From the NCBI GenBank assembly GCA_963826115.1, contig CAWGVS010000005.1:96001-160000 (forward strand): a DNA stretch of 64,000 nt. Direction: 5' to 3'. The notes under the pieces are model-generated. The model did no database searches and was not told the DNA's origin. It saw only the letters and a program-made list of their open reading frames with translations. Source of the DNA: an uncultured Candidatus Rokubacteria bacterium (GTDB taxonomy: Bacteria > Methylomirabilota > Methylomirabilia > Rokubacteriales > DASRDR01). Within the stretch, counting starts at the first letter, position 1. Every line of letters begins with the position of its first letter. Shown here one piece after another: positions 1 to 8,957 of the stretch. A program made the translations under genes and the position numbers.

Positions 1-429
1 GCGGGCAAGAGCGCGGACATCGTGCTGTGGCGTCCGGAGTTCTTCGGCGTGAAGCCGGAGGTCGTGATCAAGGGCGGCTATCCGGCGTGGGGCGCGCTCG
101 GCGAGGGCAACGCGTCCGTCTCCCAGACCGAGCCCCAGATCTACGGCGCGCACTGGGGCGGCAGCGGGCTCGCGGCCGCGAGCCTCAGCATCGACTTCGT
201 CTCGGCCGCCGCGGCGGCCGGCGACTTCCGGCGCCGGCTCGGAACCCGACGGCGGGCGATCCCCGTGGTCGGCATCCGGCAGATCGGCAAGCGCGACATG
301 CTCTACAACCAGGCGAACCCCCGGATCGAGATCGACCCCGGCTCGGCCGACATCCTGATCGACGGGAAGCCGCTCCCGCCCTTGCCCGACGACGACCTCC
401 CGCTGAACCGCCGCTATTTCCTGACGTAG
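1..429 (+). CDS. ureC: Urease alpha subunit-like protein, C-terminal part (5' end outside window)
   Basis: Frame 1 reads AGKSADIVLWRPEFFGVKPEVVIKGG...GEGNAS...LPLNRRYFLT, matching the urease alpha C-terminus (GKxADxVLW..FFGVKP..VIKGG; LPL.xRYFL). Confidence 0.8.
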   Translation, partial: AGKSADIVLWRPEFFGVKPEVVIKGGYPAWGALGEGNASVSQTEPQIYGAHWGGSGLAAASLSIDFVSAAAAAGDFRRRLGTRRRAIPVVGIRQIGKRDMLYNQANPRIEIDPGSADILIDGKPLPPLPDDDLPLNRRYFLT

Positions 430-441
430 CGTCCGGGCCGC

Positions 442-1809
442 TTAGATCCTCGCCATCCGCCTGACCAGGGCGAGCGTGTCCGTCCAGAACGCCAGGGACG
501 AATGCATGTCCGAAACGACTTGTTCGATCGCGTCGACGAACTCGTCGATCTGCGCCTGAGTCACGATCAGGGGTGGCGCCACCTTGAGCACCTTGAAGTC
601 GTTGCCGCAGACCTGCGCGAGGACGTTCCCGCACCGGAACAGCCGACTGACCAGCACCTGCCCGAAGAGTCCGGGGTGGACCTTCGTGAGCGTCTCGAAC
701 GAGGCGCGAAGTCGCAGGGACCGCGGACTTCTGAACGCGATGCCCGAAAGGAGGCCGAGGCCGCGGACCTCGGAGACCATCTCGTAGCCCGCGAGGCGGC
801 GGGCGAGGTGCTCTCGCAGGGAGTCGCCTGCGATGGTCGCCCGGACGCCGAGCCCCTCGTCCTCGAGCACGTCGAGGGTGGCCAGCCCGGCCCGCATCGC
901 GAGCCCGTTCTCGCTGTACGTCGAAGTGTGGACGAAGGCCCGGCTGAGCGAGCTGTACACGGAGTCGAAGACGGCGTCCGAGAAGAGCACAGCCCCGCTC
1001 GGCACGAGGCCGCCGCTGAGCGCCTTCGCAAGGACCACCATGTCCGGATCGAGCTTGAAGTGATGCGCGGCGAGGAAGGGACCGGTCCGGCACAGCCCCG
1101 TCTGGACCTCGTCGAGGACGAAGAGCGTCCCGGTGTCGCGGCAGAGTCCCTGGGCGATCTCGAGATAGCGATGATCGGGCAGGCGGATCCCGTTCTCGGC
1201 CTGCACCGGCTCCACGACGAAGGCCGCGTGCCGCTCCGTCATGAGCTCGGCGGCGAGGGCGTCCTGATCCCCGAACGGGACGGCGACGGCGTGGGGCAGC
1301 AGGGGGCCGAATCTTTCGGCCCAGAAGGGATTGCTCATCAGCGACAGCGCGCCGCACGTGAGCCCGTGGAAGCCGCCCTCGGCGTGAAGCAGGCCGCTCC
1401 GCCCCGTGTGTGCGCGTGCGAACTTGATGACAGTCTCGATTCCCTCGCTGCCGGAGCTCGCGAAGTACGCTTTGGTGAGACGTCCCCCGGCCTTGGCGCA
1501 GAGACGCTCGGCCAGGCGTCCGGCGGCGTCCGGGGCGTGGCTCTGCAGCATGGCCGGACCGTGGCGGTCGAGCTCGTGCTTGAGGGCCGCCACCACGCGG
1601 GGATGATTGTGACCCACGTTGTGCACGCAGTAACCGGACAGGAAGTCGAGGATCCGTCGCCCATCCGCCGTGAAGAGCTCCGTGCCCTCGCAGCGTGTGT
1701 ACTCGACGTTCATCTGCATGAGATCGAGGACGCGCACCCACTGCGGGTTCAGGTGTCTCGAATACGGCGAGACGGTAGCCGGCCTGGGAGCCTGGGCGAA
1801 CAGTCGCAC
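442..1809 (-). CDS. Class III PLP-dependent aminotransferase (ornithine/acetylornithine aminotransferase-like, HpnO-like)
   Basis: Motifs DFLSGY..HNVGHNHP, SGSEGIE, FHGLT, VEPVQAE, DEVQTGLCRTG and LAKALSGG (PLP lysine). Confidence 0.9.
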   Translation of the reverse strand: MRLFAQAPRPATVSPYSRHLNPQWVRVLDLMQMNVEYTRCEGTELFTADGRRILDFLSGYCVHNVGHNHPRVVAALKHELDRHGPAMLQSHAPDAAGRLAERLCAKAGGRLTKAYFASSGSEGIETVIKFARAHTGRSGLLHAEGGFHGLTCGALSLMSNPFWAERFGPLLPHAVAVPFGDQDALAAELMTERHAAFVVEPVQAENGIRLPDHRYLEIAQGLCRDTGTLFVLDEVQTGLCRTGPFLAAHHFKLDPDMVVLAKALSGGLVPSGAVLFSDAVFDSVYSSLSRAFVHTSTYSENGLAMRAGLATLDVLEDEGLGVRATIAGDSLREHLARRLAGYEMVSEVRGLGLLSGIAFRSPRSLRLRASFETLTKVHPGLFGQVLVSRLFRCGNVLAQVCGNDFKVLKVAPPLIVTQAQIDEFVDAIEQVVSDMHSSLAFWTDTLALVRRMARI

Positions 1810-1839
1810 GACGAGCCCTCCTTGCGAGTGGAAGTGCGA

Positions 1840-2997
1840 TCAGACCGTCAGCAGTCGCCAGCCGAGAGTGCAGAGGCCTTGCGCGACCTCGCCGGGCGAC
1901 GTGAGAGCGCCCACGTGCATGGCGAGGAGGCGCGAGAAGAGCGACGGCTCAGTCGCGAGCGCCCGCAGGGCCCGGCGCCTGAGCCACCTCGAGCGGTCCA
2001 TCGCCACGAGGAGCCGTCCCACCAGCGCGGGATGGCGGCGGACGCGCCGGTGGGCGCTCTCGTAGCCGGAGAGGTCCCCGGCCCTCAGGGCCTTCCCGAG
2101 GTGGAGCGCCTGCTGGAAGAGGATCGACAGACCCTCGCCCGTGATTCCGTCGAGCGAGCCCGATGCCTCGCCGACGAGCGCAACTCGATCGCGGGAGACG
2201 GCTCGCAGGCGACGCGACGTGGACGGGACTCCCCGCTCACGGCTCGTGGCCGGCGCCCCGCCCAGGCGCCGCGCCAGGAAGGGGCACGCGCCCAGCAGGC
2301 GGTCCAGCCGGAGACTGGGGTCCCGCGAGATGAGCGCGACGCACACCTCGCGGGGCGCCACGGGCGTCACGACGACCTGGGCTCCCTCGCACCAGTAGAC
2401 CTCGACGACGTCCGTCCACGGCGTGACCCCGAAGTGCTGACGGAACCCGAAGCGGCGGGGCGGGGCTGCCGGCCCGAGCCCCGCCCATCGACGCACCTGC
2501 GACGCCTCCCCGTCGGCCCCGACGATCCAGCGGGACGCGATCACGCCGGTGTCGAGCGCGAGCCCGTGCGGTGTCAGCCCGCGCACGCGGGTTTGCCACG
2601 CCAACTTCACGCCCACGGCTTCGGCGCGCTCGATCAGCAGACGGTGGAGCGTGGTGCGTCGGATCCCGCGACCGGGCTCCCGTCGGAAGTTGGCCTCGAC
2701 GGACAGATCGGGGTCGACGAACCGGATTCCGCGGAACGGCATGGACTCGTGGGGCGGAATCGAGACGCCGAGTCCGCGCAGCGCGGCGACTCCGTTGGGC
2801 ATCACTCCTTCGCCGCAGGCCTTGTCGATCGGCGGCGCCGCCCCGTCCAAGACGATCACCTCGAGGTTGTGCTGGCGCGCGGCGATGGCCGCGGCGAGGC
2901 CGGCCGGCCCGCCCCCCACGACCAGCACGTCCGTCTCAGGTGGGAGATCTCCGCGGCGGGACGGGCGGCGCCCCCGAGTCTCGGCGAGCGTCATCAC
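1840..2997 (-). CDS. FAD-dependent oxidoreductase/monooxygenase (geranylgeranyl reductase-like)
   Basis: VVGGGPAG Rossmann motif, DKACGEG, GADG..S.VRR, LVGEASG.LDGITGEG. Confidence 0.85.
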   Translation of the reverse strand: MMTLAETRGRRPSRRGDLPPETDVLVVGGGPAGLAAAIAARQHNLEVIVLDGAAPPIDKACGEGVMPNGVAALRGLGVSIPPHESMPFRGIRFVDPDLSVEANFRREPGRGIRRTTLHRLLIERAEAVGVKLAWQTRVRGLTPHGLALDTGVIASRWIVGADGEASQVRRWAGLGPAAPPRRFGFRQHFGVTPWTDVVEVYWCEGAQVVVTPVAPREVCVALISRDPSLRLDRLLGACPFLARRLGGAPATSRERGVPSTSRRLRAVSRDRVALVGEASGSLDGITGEGLSILFQQALHLGKALRAGDLSGYESAHRRVRRHPALVGRLLVAMDRSRWLRRRALRALATEPSLFSRLLAMHVGALTSPGEVAQGLCTLGWRLLTV

Positions 2998-3578
2998 GGC
3001 CGATCGTCGGCATGCAGGCGGGCCTCGGTTCTGAGGCTGACTTCGGCCACCGGGGCGACGCGGAGGAAGAGGAGGCTCGGGTTACGTAGCCCCCAAGCGA
3101 CGTAGGGAATCTCGAACGCGGTCTCGGCGGAGACCGTCTCGCCGGCCACCCGGGCCTGGACCGGCAGGGTGAGGGAATGGTCCACCCCGTGCAGGTTCAG
3201 CACTCCCGCGAGCAGGAACTCGGACGGGCCAGAGCGTGCGAGGGCTCCCACGACCCGGGTGGGTCGAAACGTGGCGACCGGGTAGCGGTCGGTCTCCAGT
3301 ACGCTCCCGTGCATCTCGTGGTCGCGTAGACGATTGCCGGTGCCCGCCCGGCGGAGGTCGATCGTCACGTGGCCCGAGGCCGTGCCGCTTTCGGGATCGA
3401 AGCGGATCTCGCCGGACTCGAGCGCCAGCAACCCGTCGATGGTGTGGCCCGTCGCCTTCACCGCGAACGTGAGGCTCGTCTTGTCCGGGGCGAGCGTGAG
3501 GACGCTGGGCTCCGTCGATGCGGTGAGCGGACAGAGCAAGAGCGCGGTCGCCGCAAGGCCGCCTCGCCACCTGACCAT
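2994..3578 (-). CDS. YceI-family lipid/polyisoprenoid-binding protein
   Basis: Signal peptide, TGNRLRDHEMH...YP.ATF, G.LNLHGVDH; 4-bp overlap with the downstream gene. Confidence 0.85.
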   Translation of the reverse strand: MVRWRGGLAATALLLCPLTASTEPSVLTLAPDKTSLTFAVKATGHTIDGLLALESGEIRFDPESGTASGHVTIDLRRAGTGNRLRDHEMHGSVLETDRYPVATFRPTRVVGALARSGPSEFLLAGVLNLHGVDHSLTLPVQARVAGETVSAETAFEIPYVAWGLRNPSLLFLRVAPVAEVSLRTEARLHADDRP

Positions 3579-3706
3579 GCCGGTCCTCCCGTGTTCGAGT
3601 GAGCTCGGTACGCGCGCCCGCGTTCCCCGGGGCTACGCGAGACCCTAGCGCGCGGAGATGAACCCGAGGTGAACGGCGCCTCCCGGTCTCTCGAGAGGCC
3701 CAGCGG

Positions 3707-3712
3707 TATAAT
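3707..3712 (+). promoter_or_regulatory. -10 element (TATAAT) 6 nt before the response regulator ATG; leaderless-type promoter
   Basis: Perfect TATAAT followed by cggcgc-ATG, with no Shine-Dalgarno sequence. Confidence 0.6.
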
Positions 3713-3718
3713 CGGCGC

Positions 3719-4387
3719 ATGCGCGTGCTCGTGGTGGAAGACGAGCATCGACTGGCGGATCGACTGGCCCGCGGCCTTCGCGAGGAGGGCTTTGCTGTCG
3801 ACGCGGCGCCGACGAAGGCGGCGGCCGGAGACCTTGCCAGCGGAACGGACTACGATCTCGTGCTGCTCGACCTCAAGCTGCCCGACGGGTCGGGCCTCGA
3901 GCTCCTCGAGGAGTGGCGCGCGCAGGGCTTCCAGGCCCCCATCCTCGTCCTGACGGCGAAGGACCTGCTGGATGACAAGCTGAAAGGCCTGAGAGCGGGC
4001 GCGGATGACTACCTGACGAAGCCCTTCTCCTTCGCCGAGCTGCTGGCTCGGGTCCAGGTGCTCTTGCGGCGATGCGCCGCGCCGCCGCAGAACGTCCTGG
4101 AGATGGGCGATCTCCGGGTGGACCGCACCGGACGTCAGGTGGAGCGGGCCGGCCAGGCCATCGAGCTGACGGCCAAGGAATTCGCGCTACTGGAGTACCT
4201 GACGCTTCACGCCGGACAGGTCCTGTCGCGAGCGACGATAGCCGAGCACGTGTGGGACGACGGCTACGACGCGCAGAGCAACGTCATCGACGTCATCGTG
4301 AGCCGCCTGCGGCGGAAGCTCGAGGCCCATGGCGACCGGCTGATCCACACCGTTGGGGGCGTCGGCTACACGCTACGGAGCGGGTGA
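3719..4387 (+). CDS. OmpR/PhoB-family response regulator (CusR/CopR-like)
   Basis: MRVLVVEDE, LLDLKLPD, GADDYLTKPF, winged helix ELTAKEFALLEYL...IHTVGGVGY. Confidence 0.95.
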   Translation: MRVLVVEDEHRLADRLARGLREEGFAVDAAPTKAAAGDLASGTDYDLVLLDLKLPDGSGLELLEEWRAQGFQAPILVLTAKDLLDDKLKGLRAGADDYLTKPFSFAELLARVQVLLRRCAAPPQNVLEMGDLRVDRTGRQVERAGQAIELTAKEFALLEYLTLHAGQVLSRATIAEHVWDDGYDAQSNVIDVIVSRLRRKLEAHGDRLIHTVGGVGYTLRSG

Positions 4388-5814
4388 GCCGACGCATGCG
4401 CTCGGCGCGATCCCTGCGCGCGGCGTTCACCTGGTGGTTCGCCGGGACCCTCGTGATCCTCTACGGGGTGGTGGCGACCGCCGTCTGGCTGCACTCGCGC
4501 GCCAGTGACCAGCAGTACGCGATCTTGACTCTCAAGGCCGAGGGCGAGGCGGTCGCCAGCTACCTGGCGGCCACGGGACGGGTGGACGCGCCCGAGTTCA
4601 GCGCGCGGGAGACCGCGCCGTTCCCGATCTGGTTCCGCCTCCGGCAAGGATCGCGCGTCCTCGCGGAGACGCCGGGCACTCCGGGCCTGGCGGTCCGATC
4701 CTCCGGTCTCGCGCGGGACGAGCTCCTCACGGAATGGGCGCCGTCCATCAAGGGGCCTTATCTCAGCGTGCATCACGCGATCGGCGGGCCCCTCCAGGGC
4801 GCCACCCTGGAGGTCATCGCGCCGACCGCGTCGATCCTCGCCGCCGAGCGCCGGCTCGGCGCCCTCCTGGGTCTGGGAGGCATCATCGTCATACCGCTGG
4901 CGGCTCTCGGTGGCCGGCTGCTCGCGCAGCGCGCGCTTCGCTCGGTCGATGGACTGGTGACGCGGATCCGCGCCCTGGACTCGAGTCGCCTGAGCGACCG
5001 CCTCGTGCTGCCGCCGGGGACCGTCGAGGAGGTCGCGGTTCTGGCCAGCGCGTTCAATGATCTCCTCGGCGCTCTGGAGACGAACGTGGAGACGATGCGG
5101 CGCTTCACGGCCGACGCCTCGCACGAGATCCGGAACCCGCTGAGCGTGCTCCGCATCGGACTGGAGGTGGCGCTCCGGCGCCCGCGCGAGACGGCGGAAT
5201 ACCGGAAAGTCATCCAGGAGAACCTCCAGGAGATCCAGCGGTTGCAGGCGGTGCTGGAAGGATTGCTCGCGCTCGGGCGCGAGATGCCGGGCACGCCCTA
5301 TCCGCTCGTGTCGGGGGCAGTGGACTTCTCGGCCCTGCTCGCTCGGACAGCGGAGACGTTCGCGACCGTGGCGGCCGAGCGCCGGATTCGCATTGAGAGC
5401 GACATCGCGCCGGGACTGGTGGTCCAGGGAGACGCGCACCTGCTCCGCCTCGCCGCGTTCAACCTGATCGACAACGCGCTGAAGCACAGTCCCCCGGATG
5501 CGGCCGTCCACGTGACACTGCGTGCCCGCACCGGCGAGTCGCAGCTGGTGATCGCCGATCAGGGGTCGGGCGTGGCGCCCGAGAACCGCGAGCGTCTGTT
5601 TCGCCGCTATGGCCGGACCGAGCGGACCGACGAGCCCGGTGTGGGCGGGCTCGGCCTGAGCGTGGTGGCGTGGGTCGCGGAGCGCCATGGGGGACGCGTG
5701 CGGCTCCTCGACACGGCCCGCGGCGCGGCATTCGAGCTCGTGTTGCCGGACTCGACGCTCGCGAAGCGCCTCCCTGCGGTCGCCGCGGCCCCATCCGTTA
5801 CAGCAGGACGCTGA
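4384..5814 (+). CDS. Membrane sensor histidine kinase (HAMP-HisKA-HATPase)
   Basis: Two TM segments, FTADASHEIRNPL H-box, NLIDNALKH, DQGSG, GGLGL; GTG overlaps the regulator stop (alternative ATG at 4396). Confidence 0.9.
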   Translation: MSRRMRSARSLRAAFTWWFAGTLVILYGVVATAVWLHSRASDQQYAILTLKAEGEAVASYLAATGRVDAPEFSARETAPFPIWFRLRQGSRVLAETPGTPGLAVRSSGLARDELLTEWAPSIKGPYLSVHHAIGGPLQGATLEVIAPTASILAAERRLGALLGLGGIIVIPLAALGGRLLAQRALRSVDGLVTRIRALDSSRLSDRLVLPPGTVEEVAVLASAFNDLLGALETNVETMRRFTADASHEIRNPLSVLRIGLEVALRRPRETAEYRKVIQENLQEIQRLQAVLEGLLALGREMPGTPYPLVSGAVDFSALLARTAETFATVAAERRIRIESDIAPGLVVQGDAHLLRLAAFNLIDNALKHSPPDAAVHVTLRARTGESQLVIADQGSGVAPENRERLFRRYGRTERTDEPGVGGLGLSVVAWVAERHGGRVRLLDTARGAAFELVLPDSTLAKRLPAVAAAPSVTAGR

Positions 5815-6126
5815 TCGGCTCGGTCGACCGACCGTGGTCTCACCGCGCTCCGCCAGCAACGGGAGCCGGCGCCACGCGCCGAGAGGGCGAGAGATCGTTC
5901 CGGGCCTTCGCGCGAAGCGCCTCCGACCCCCGCCGGGCCGGCGGCGAGCTTTCCCATGCCCAGCCCTTCGGGGCACCCGAGCGTAGTCTTCGACCTCCAC
6001 ACGAAGTACGCTGCGCAAGCCCGCGATTCCAAAAGACTCTCTAGCTAGCTCAGGACTTCGTCGCAGCCTGACGCCGGGGTTACCCTTCGCCATCGGCAGT
6101 TTCGGCGACGGCCCCGAGGAGGGGCA

Positions 6127-6436
6127 GACGGAGGCCGGCGATGCGGAACAGCGGGAGGACGCAGTCGCTCAGCCCCGGAGCGGCCTAGCCCTAGCGGGCT
6201 CCTGCTCCGGGCCCACGAATGCGGCCGGCCGCGGCCAGCACCCCCCTCTGGGGCGGCGGCTTCTGGCTCGACTCGCTCGACCTGCTGGACCTCATGCTGG
6301 CGTGCGACGCGACGTTCGGCCCGGTGTTCCAGAGCGCCCCGCGATCGGTGATGGCGAACGTCAAGACGGTCGGCGACCTCGTCGCGATCGTCGAGGCCCG
6401 ATCCCGCCCCTGACGACCGCGCTCGGGCCGACGGCC
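6127..6436 (+). repeat. Repeat module A, copy 1 (~310 bp, contains an ACP-like ORF)
   Basis: Near-identical to 10273-10567 in direct orientation. Confidence 0.9.
6219..6413 (+). CDS. Acyl carrier protein-like ORF, probably a 5'-truncated fragment
   Basis: LDSLDLLDLMLACDATFG and KTVGDLVAIV resemble the ACP DSL phosphopantetheine site and C-terminal helix; helix I appears to be missing. Confidence 0.55.
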   Translation: MRPAAASTPLWGGGFWLDSLDLLDLMLACDATFGPVFQSAPRSVMANVKTVGDLVAIVEARSRP

Positions 6437-6449
6437 CCGCCATGTGCCG

Positions 6450-6569
6450 TCCTTGACGGGGCCTGCCCCGAACGCGTACCGTCGGATGACGCTGGCCGGA
6501 GCGGGCTTCATCCGCCAGCCCCCTCTGGAGGCCGAACGGCCGAGAACGGGCTTTATGTTGCCTATTCCC
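6450..6569 (+). repeat. Repeat module B, copy 1 (~120 bp)
   Basis: Matches 10150-10269 with 5 substitutions and no indels; offset is exactly 3700 bp. Confidence 0.9.
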
Positions 6570-7024
6570 TCGGGACGCTCATCGACGAGAAGCCGGGGCA
6601 GAACGAGATCCTCCACACGTTCGGCCTGATGGTGACCGCGGACGAGGTGCCCAAGGACGCCAAGGTGGACACGCCGGCGGAGATGTTCACCTTCATCGAG
6701 CAGCGCTCCCTCCGGTCGGAGCGCCGATTCACCGTGGTGGAGTCCACATTCCGCCCCGACTCGTCGCTCGGCGCCGAATGCGTGCGCTTCGACGCCGTCG
6801 TCGAGGAGCGGAACAATCCCAACGGGCGCGGCCTCGTCCTCGTTGGTGTCCTGCGCGACAACCTCTTCTGCCGGCACCCCAGGGCGCGGACGCCCACGTT
6901 CGTCCTGATCAGCGCGAGCGAGCGCTACGTCCAGGGCACTGTGACCGGCCCGCTCCTCATCGACGCGCTGCGGTCCGAGTGGGAGCCATCGGTGCGGAGC
7001 GTCCAGTTCATGCCCCGCCCTTGA
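6570..7024 (+). pseudogene. Hypothetical protein, apparently the 3' part of a gene whose start was replaced by module B
   Basis: The 6302-7024 ORF has protein-like composition and GC3 bias only after ~6560 (GTLIDEKPGQNEILHTFG...SVQFMPRP). Confidence 0.45.
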
Positions 7025-7182
7025 TCCTGACCGGCGGGCGCGGCGTCCTGCCCGTCTGGTCTACGGCATTCCCCCAACAGAGCTCTGGGGACGACCCGGC
7101 GTGGGATGGAGCGGCACCGGTGAAGGCGGGCCGAACGCTCGTGACCAGGAGTGTCATCAAGTGCTGGGCGTCGGCTCCCTTC

Positions 7183-7428
7183 ATGAAGCGCCCAATGCTC
7201 GCGCTGTGGATCGCCGCTGTGATCCCGCTATCCGGCTGCAATCCGGTCGGAGCACTCGGTGCGTGGGAGGGTCCCTTCCTCCTCGTTGCGCTGAGCCCCA
7301 CCCCGCCGACGGACCAGCTCTCCAGCGTGCGGCTGCCATACACGCTCCGGCCCCACTTCACGGACGAGGTCGCGAACTACCAGTGGACACAGATGTCGAG
7401 ACCGAGGGGGGATCGTTGGGACGCGTGA
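7183..7428 (+). CDS. Small putative lipoprotein
   Basis: MKRPMLALWIAAVIPLSGC gives a basic N-region, hydrophobic core and LSGC lipobox; its stop overlaps the GTG of the next gene. Confidence 0.45.
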   Translation: MKRPMLALWIAAVIPLSGCNPVGALGAWEGPFLLVALSPTPPTDQLSSVRLPYTLRPHFTDEVANYQWTQMSRPRGDRWDA

Positions 7429-7850
7429 GGAGTCGGGCGGTCCGTTTCGGAATCGGGCTCCTTGCTCTCCTAGCGGTCTTGCAGTTCGTGCCGACGGCGA
7501 GAACCAACCCCCCAGAACGGGAGCCCCCGGTGGCGCCGCCCGCCGTGCACGCGATTCTCGTGCGCTCGTGCTACGACTGTCACTCCAACGAGACCCGGTG
7601 GCCCTGGTACTCGCGGATCGCTCCCGCCTCGCTCCTGATCTCCCGCGACGTCATCGAGGGGCGCCGGGAGCTCAACCTATCGACTTGGAGCCAGTACGAT
7701 GCGCGGCGCAAGACGCGGAAGCTCCGGGAGATCGGCGAGCAGGTGGAGCAGGGCAAGATGCCGCAGTGGTACTACCTGCTCCTGCACCCGGACGCGCGGC
7801 TGTCGACAGAGGATCGTCAGCTCCTCGCCGACTGGGTGAAGCGGCCGTAG
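7425..7850 (+). CDS. Haem-binding domain protein (c-type cytochrome-like)
   Basis: N-terminal TM; SCYDCHSNETRWPWYS (CxxCH); GKMPQWYYLLLHPDARLS. Confidence 0.85.
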   Translation: MRSRAVRFGIGLLALLAVLQFVPTARTNPPEREPPVAPPAVHAILVRSCYDCHSNETRWPWYSRIAPASLLISRDVIEGRRELNLSTWSQYDARRKTRKLREIGEQVEQGKMPQWYYLLLHPDARLSTEDRQLLADWVKRP

Positions 7851-8383
7851 TCGTCGCGGCCATCGGCCCTGAGCCGCGAGCATGCGCTGGGCGAAGCACG
7901 ACGAGCCATACGCACCCGGCAGTGCCTTGTGGCCCTGCTCCTGCTCACCCTCCCCGGGTGCATGGACTCGGGCGGTGCCGCGTCGTCCACGCCGCGCCTC
8001 CGCACCGACGTCGAGTGGATACTTGAGGGTATCGAGCTCCGCACCGCGGCCGGGCATGAAGCGATCGGTAGGGCGCCTCGCGCCTGACCCCGCCGCCTCG
8101 GCGCCGGTACTGGGGGCAACGCGGCGCGTCGTCTCCAGGAGCCGTTCGGTGAACGGAACCGCCGGGCGTTCTGTCTGACCTCTCGAGATCGATTCAGGGG
8201 GGCGGGTCACGCCCGGGTTCTGGCCGGTACTGGGCCTCCCCTGAGCCTGCGCGCCGGTCGCATCGCCCGGGCCGGCGGCACACGCGGCGGCCCCGGGGCC
8301 GACGTGATGCGCCCGTCACCATCGTTCGCGCCATCGGCGAGGCTTGACAACTGTGCAGCAGTGGGACGAGCCTTAGGGATGTC

Positions 8384-8698
8384 ATGACGCGCAGCATTCA
8401 GTTCGCGGTGATGTCGCGTCTCCTCGTGGCCTTGCTCAGCCTCATCGCATTCGCGGCGGGCTTGGTCAGCGTGTGCCTGCCCGACGATCCTCATCAGGCG
8501 GCGTATTACGATGGGGACGCGGACGACGTTGGAATCGCTCAGGAACGCCAGACTCTGGCGTTCCACATCGCGGTCGTTCAGCCGGTCGTCCAACTCGCCC
8601 CTCTCCCCCCTTCGCATCGCGAGGGCGTTCAGAGCCCCAAAGCCCGGGCAGACGTCTCGGCCCCCTCGCGCCCCGAAGCTCGCGCGCCCCCGGCGTAA
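8384..8698 (+). CDS. Small exported protein ending in RAPP (candidate ribosome-arrest leader peptide)
   Basis: Hydrophobic N-terminus; C-terminus PEARAPPA*. Confidence 0.55.
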   Translation: MTRSIQFAVMSRLLVALLSLIAFAAGLVSVCLPDDPHQAAYYDGDADDVGIAQERQTLAFHIAVVQPVVQLAPLPPSHREGVQSPKARADVSAPSRPEARAPPA

Positions 8699-8957
8699 TC
8701 CGCTCAGCCTTCTGACCTAGAGCCGGGGCGGGCACCGAGACGGCGTCGACCGTCCGGGGTCCAGCCTCAGGCGTTTCCTGGTTACTTGGGGCGAGTTGGG
8801 AGAAGCCATGGCTGGCCGTGCCCAGGGGAGCGGAACGACACCGGGACAACTGCGTCGTAGACCGTCTGCTCAGAGTTGACGCCGCCGTTCGGGCTGGTGA
8901 CCTGGCGTCTCTTGGTAGCAGACGGCCCCGCAGATCGTTCCCTTTGAAGCGCAGGGA

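Noticed and set aside
502-3105. Long antisense or alternative-frame ORFs (also 14050-16590, 19187-22510, 47959-52740, 49416-52649 and many others)
   Set aside because: They shadow well-supported genes; high GC suppresses stop codons and the translations carry no recognisable motifs.
5815-6126. Possible gene or ncRNA between the kinase and module A
   Set aside because: No credible ORF, motif or recognisable RNA structure by eye.
8344-8380. TTGACA upstream of the RAPP ORF as a sigma70 promoter (also TTGACA at 42392)
   Set aside because: No convincing TAnnnT at 16-18 nt spacing.
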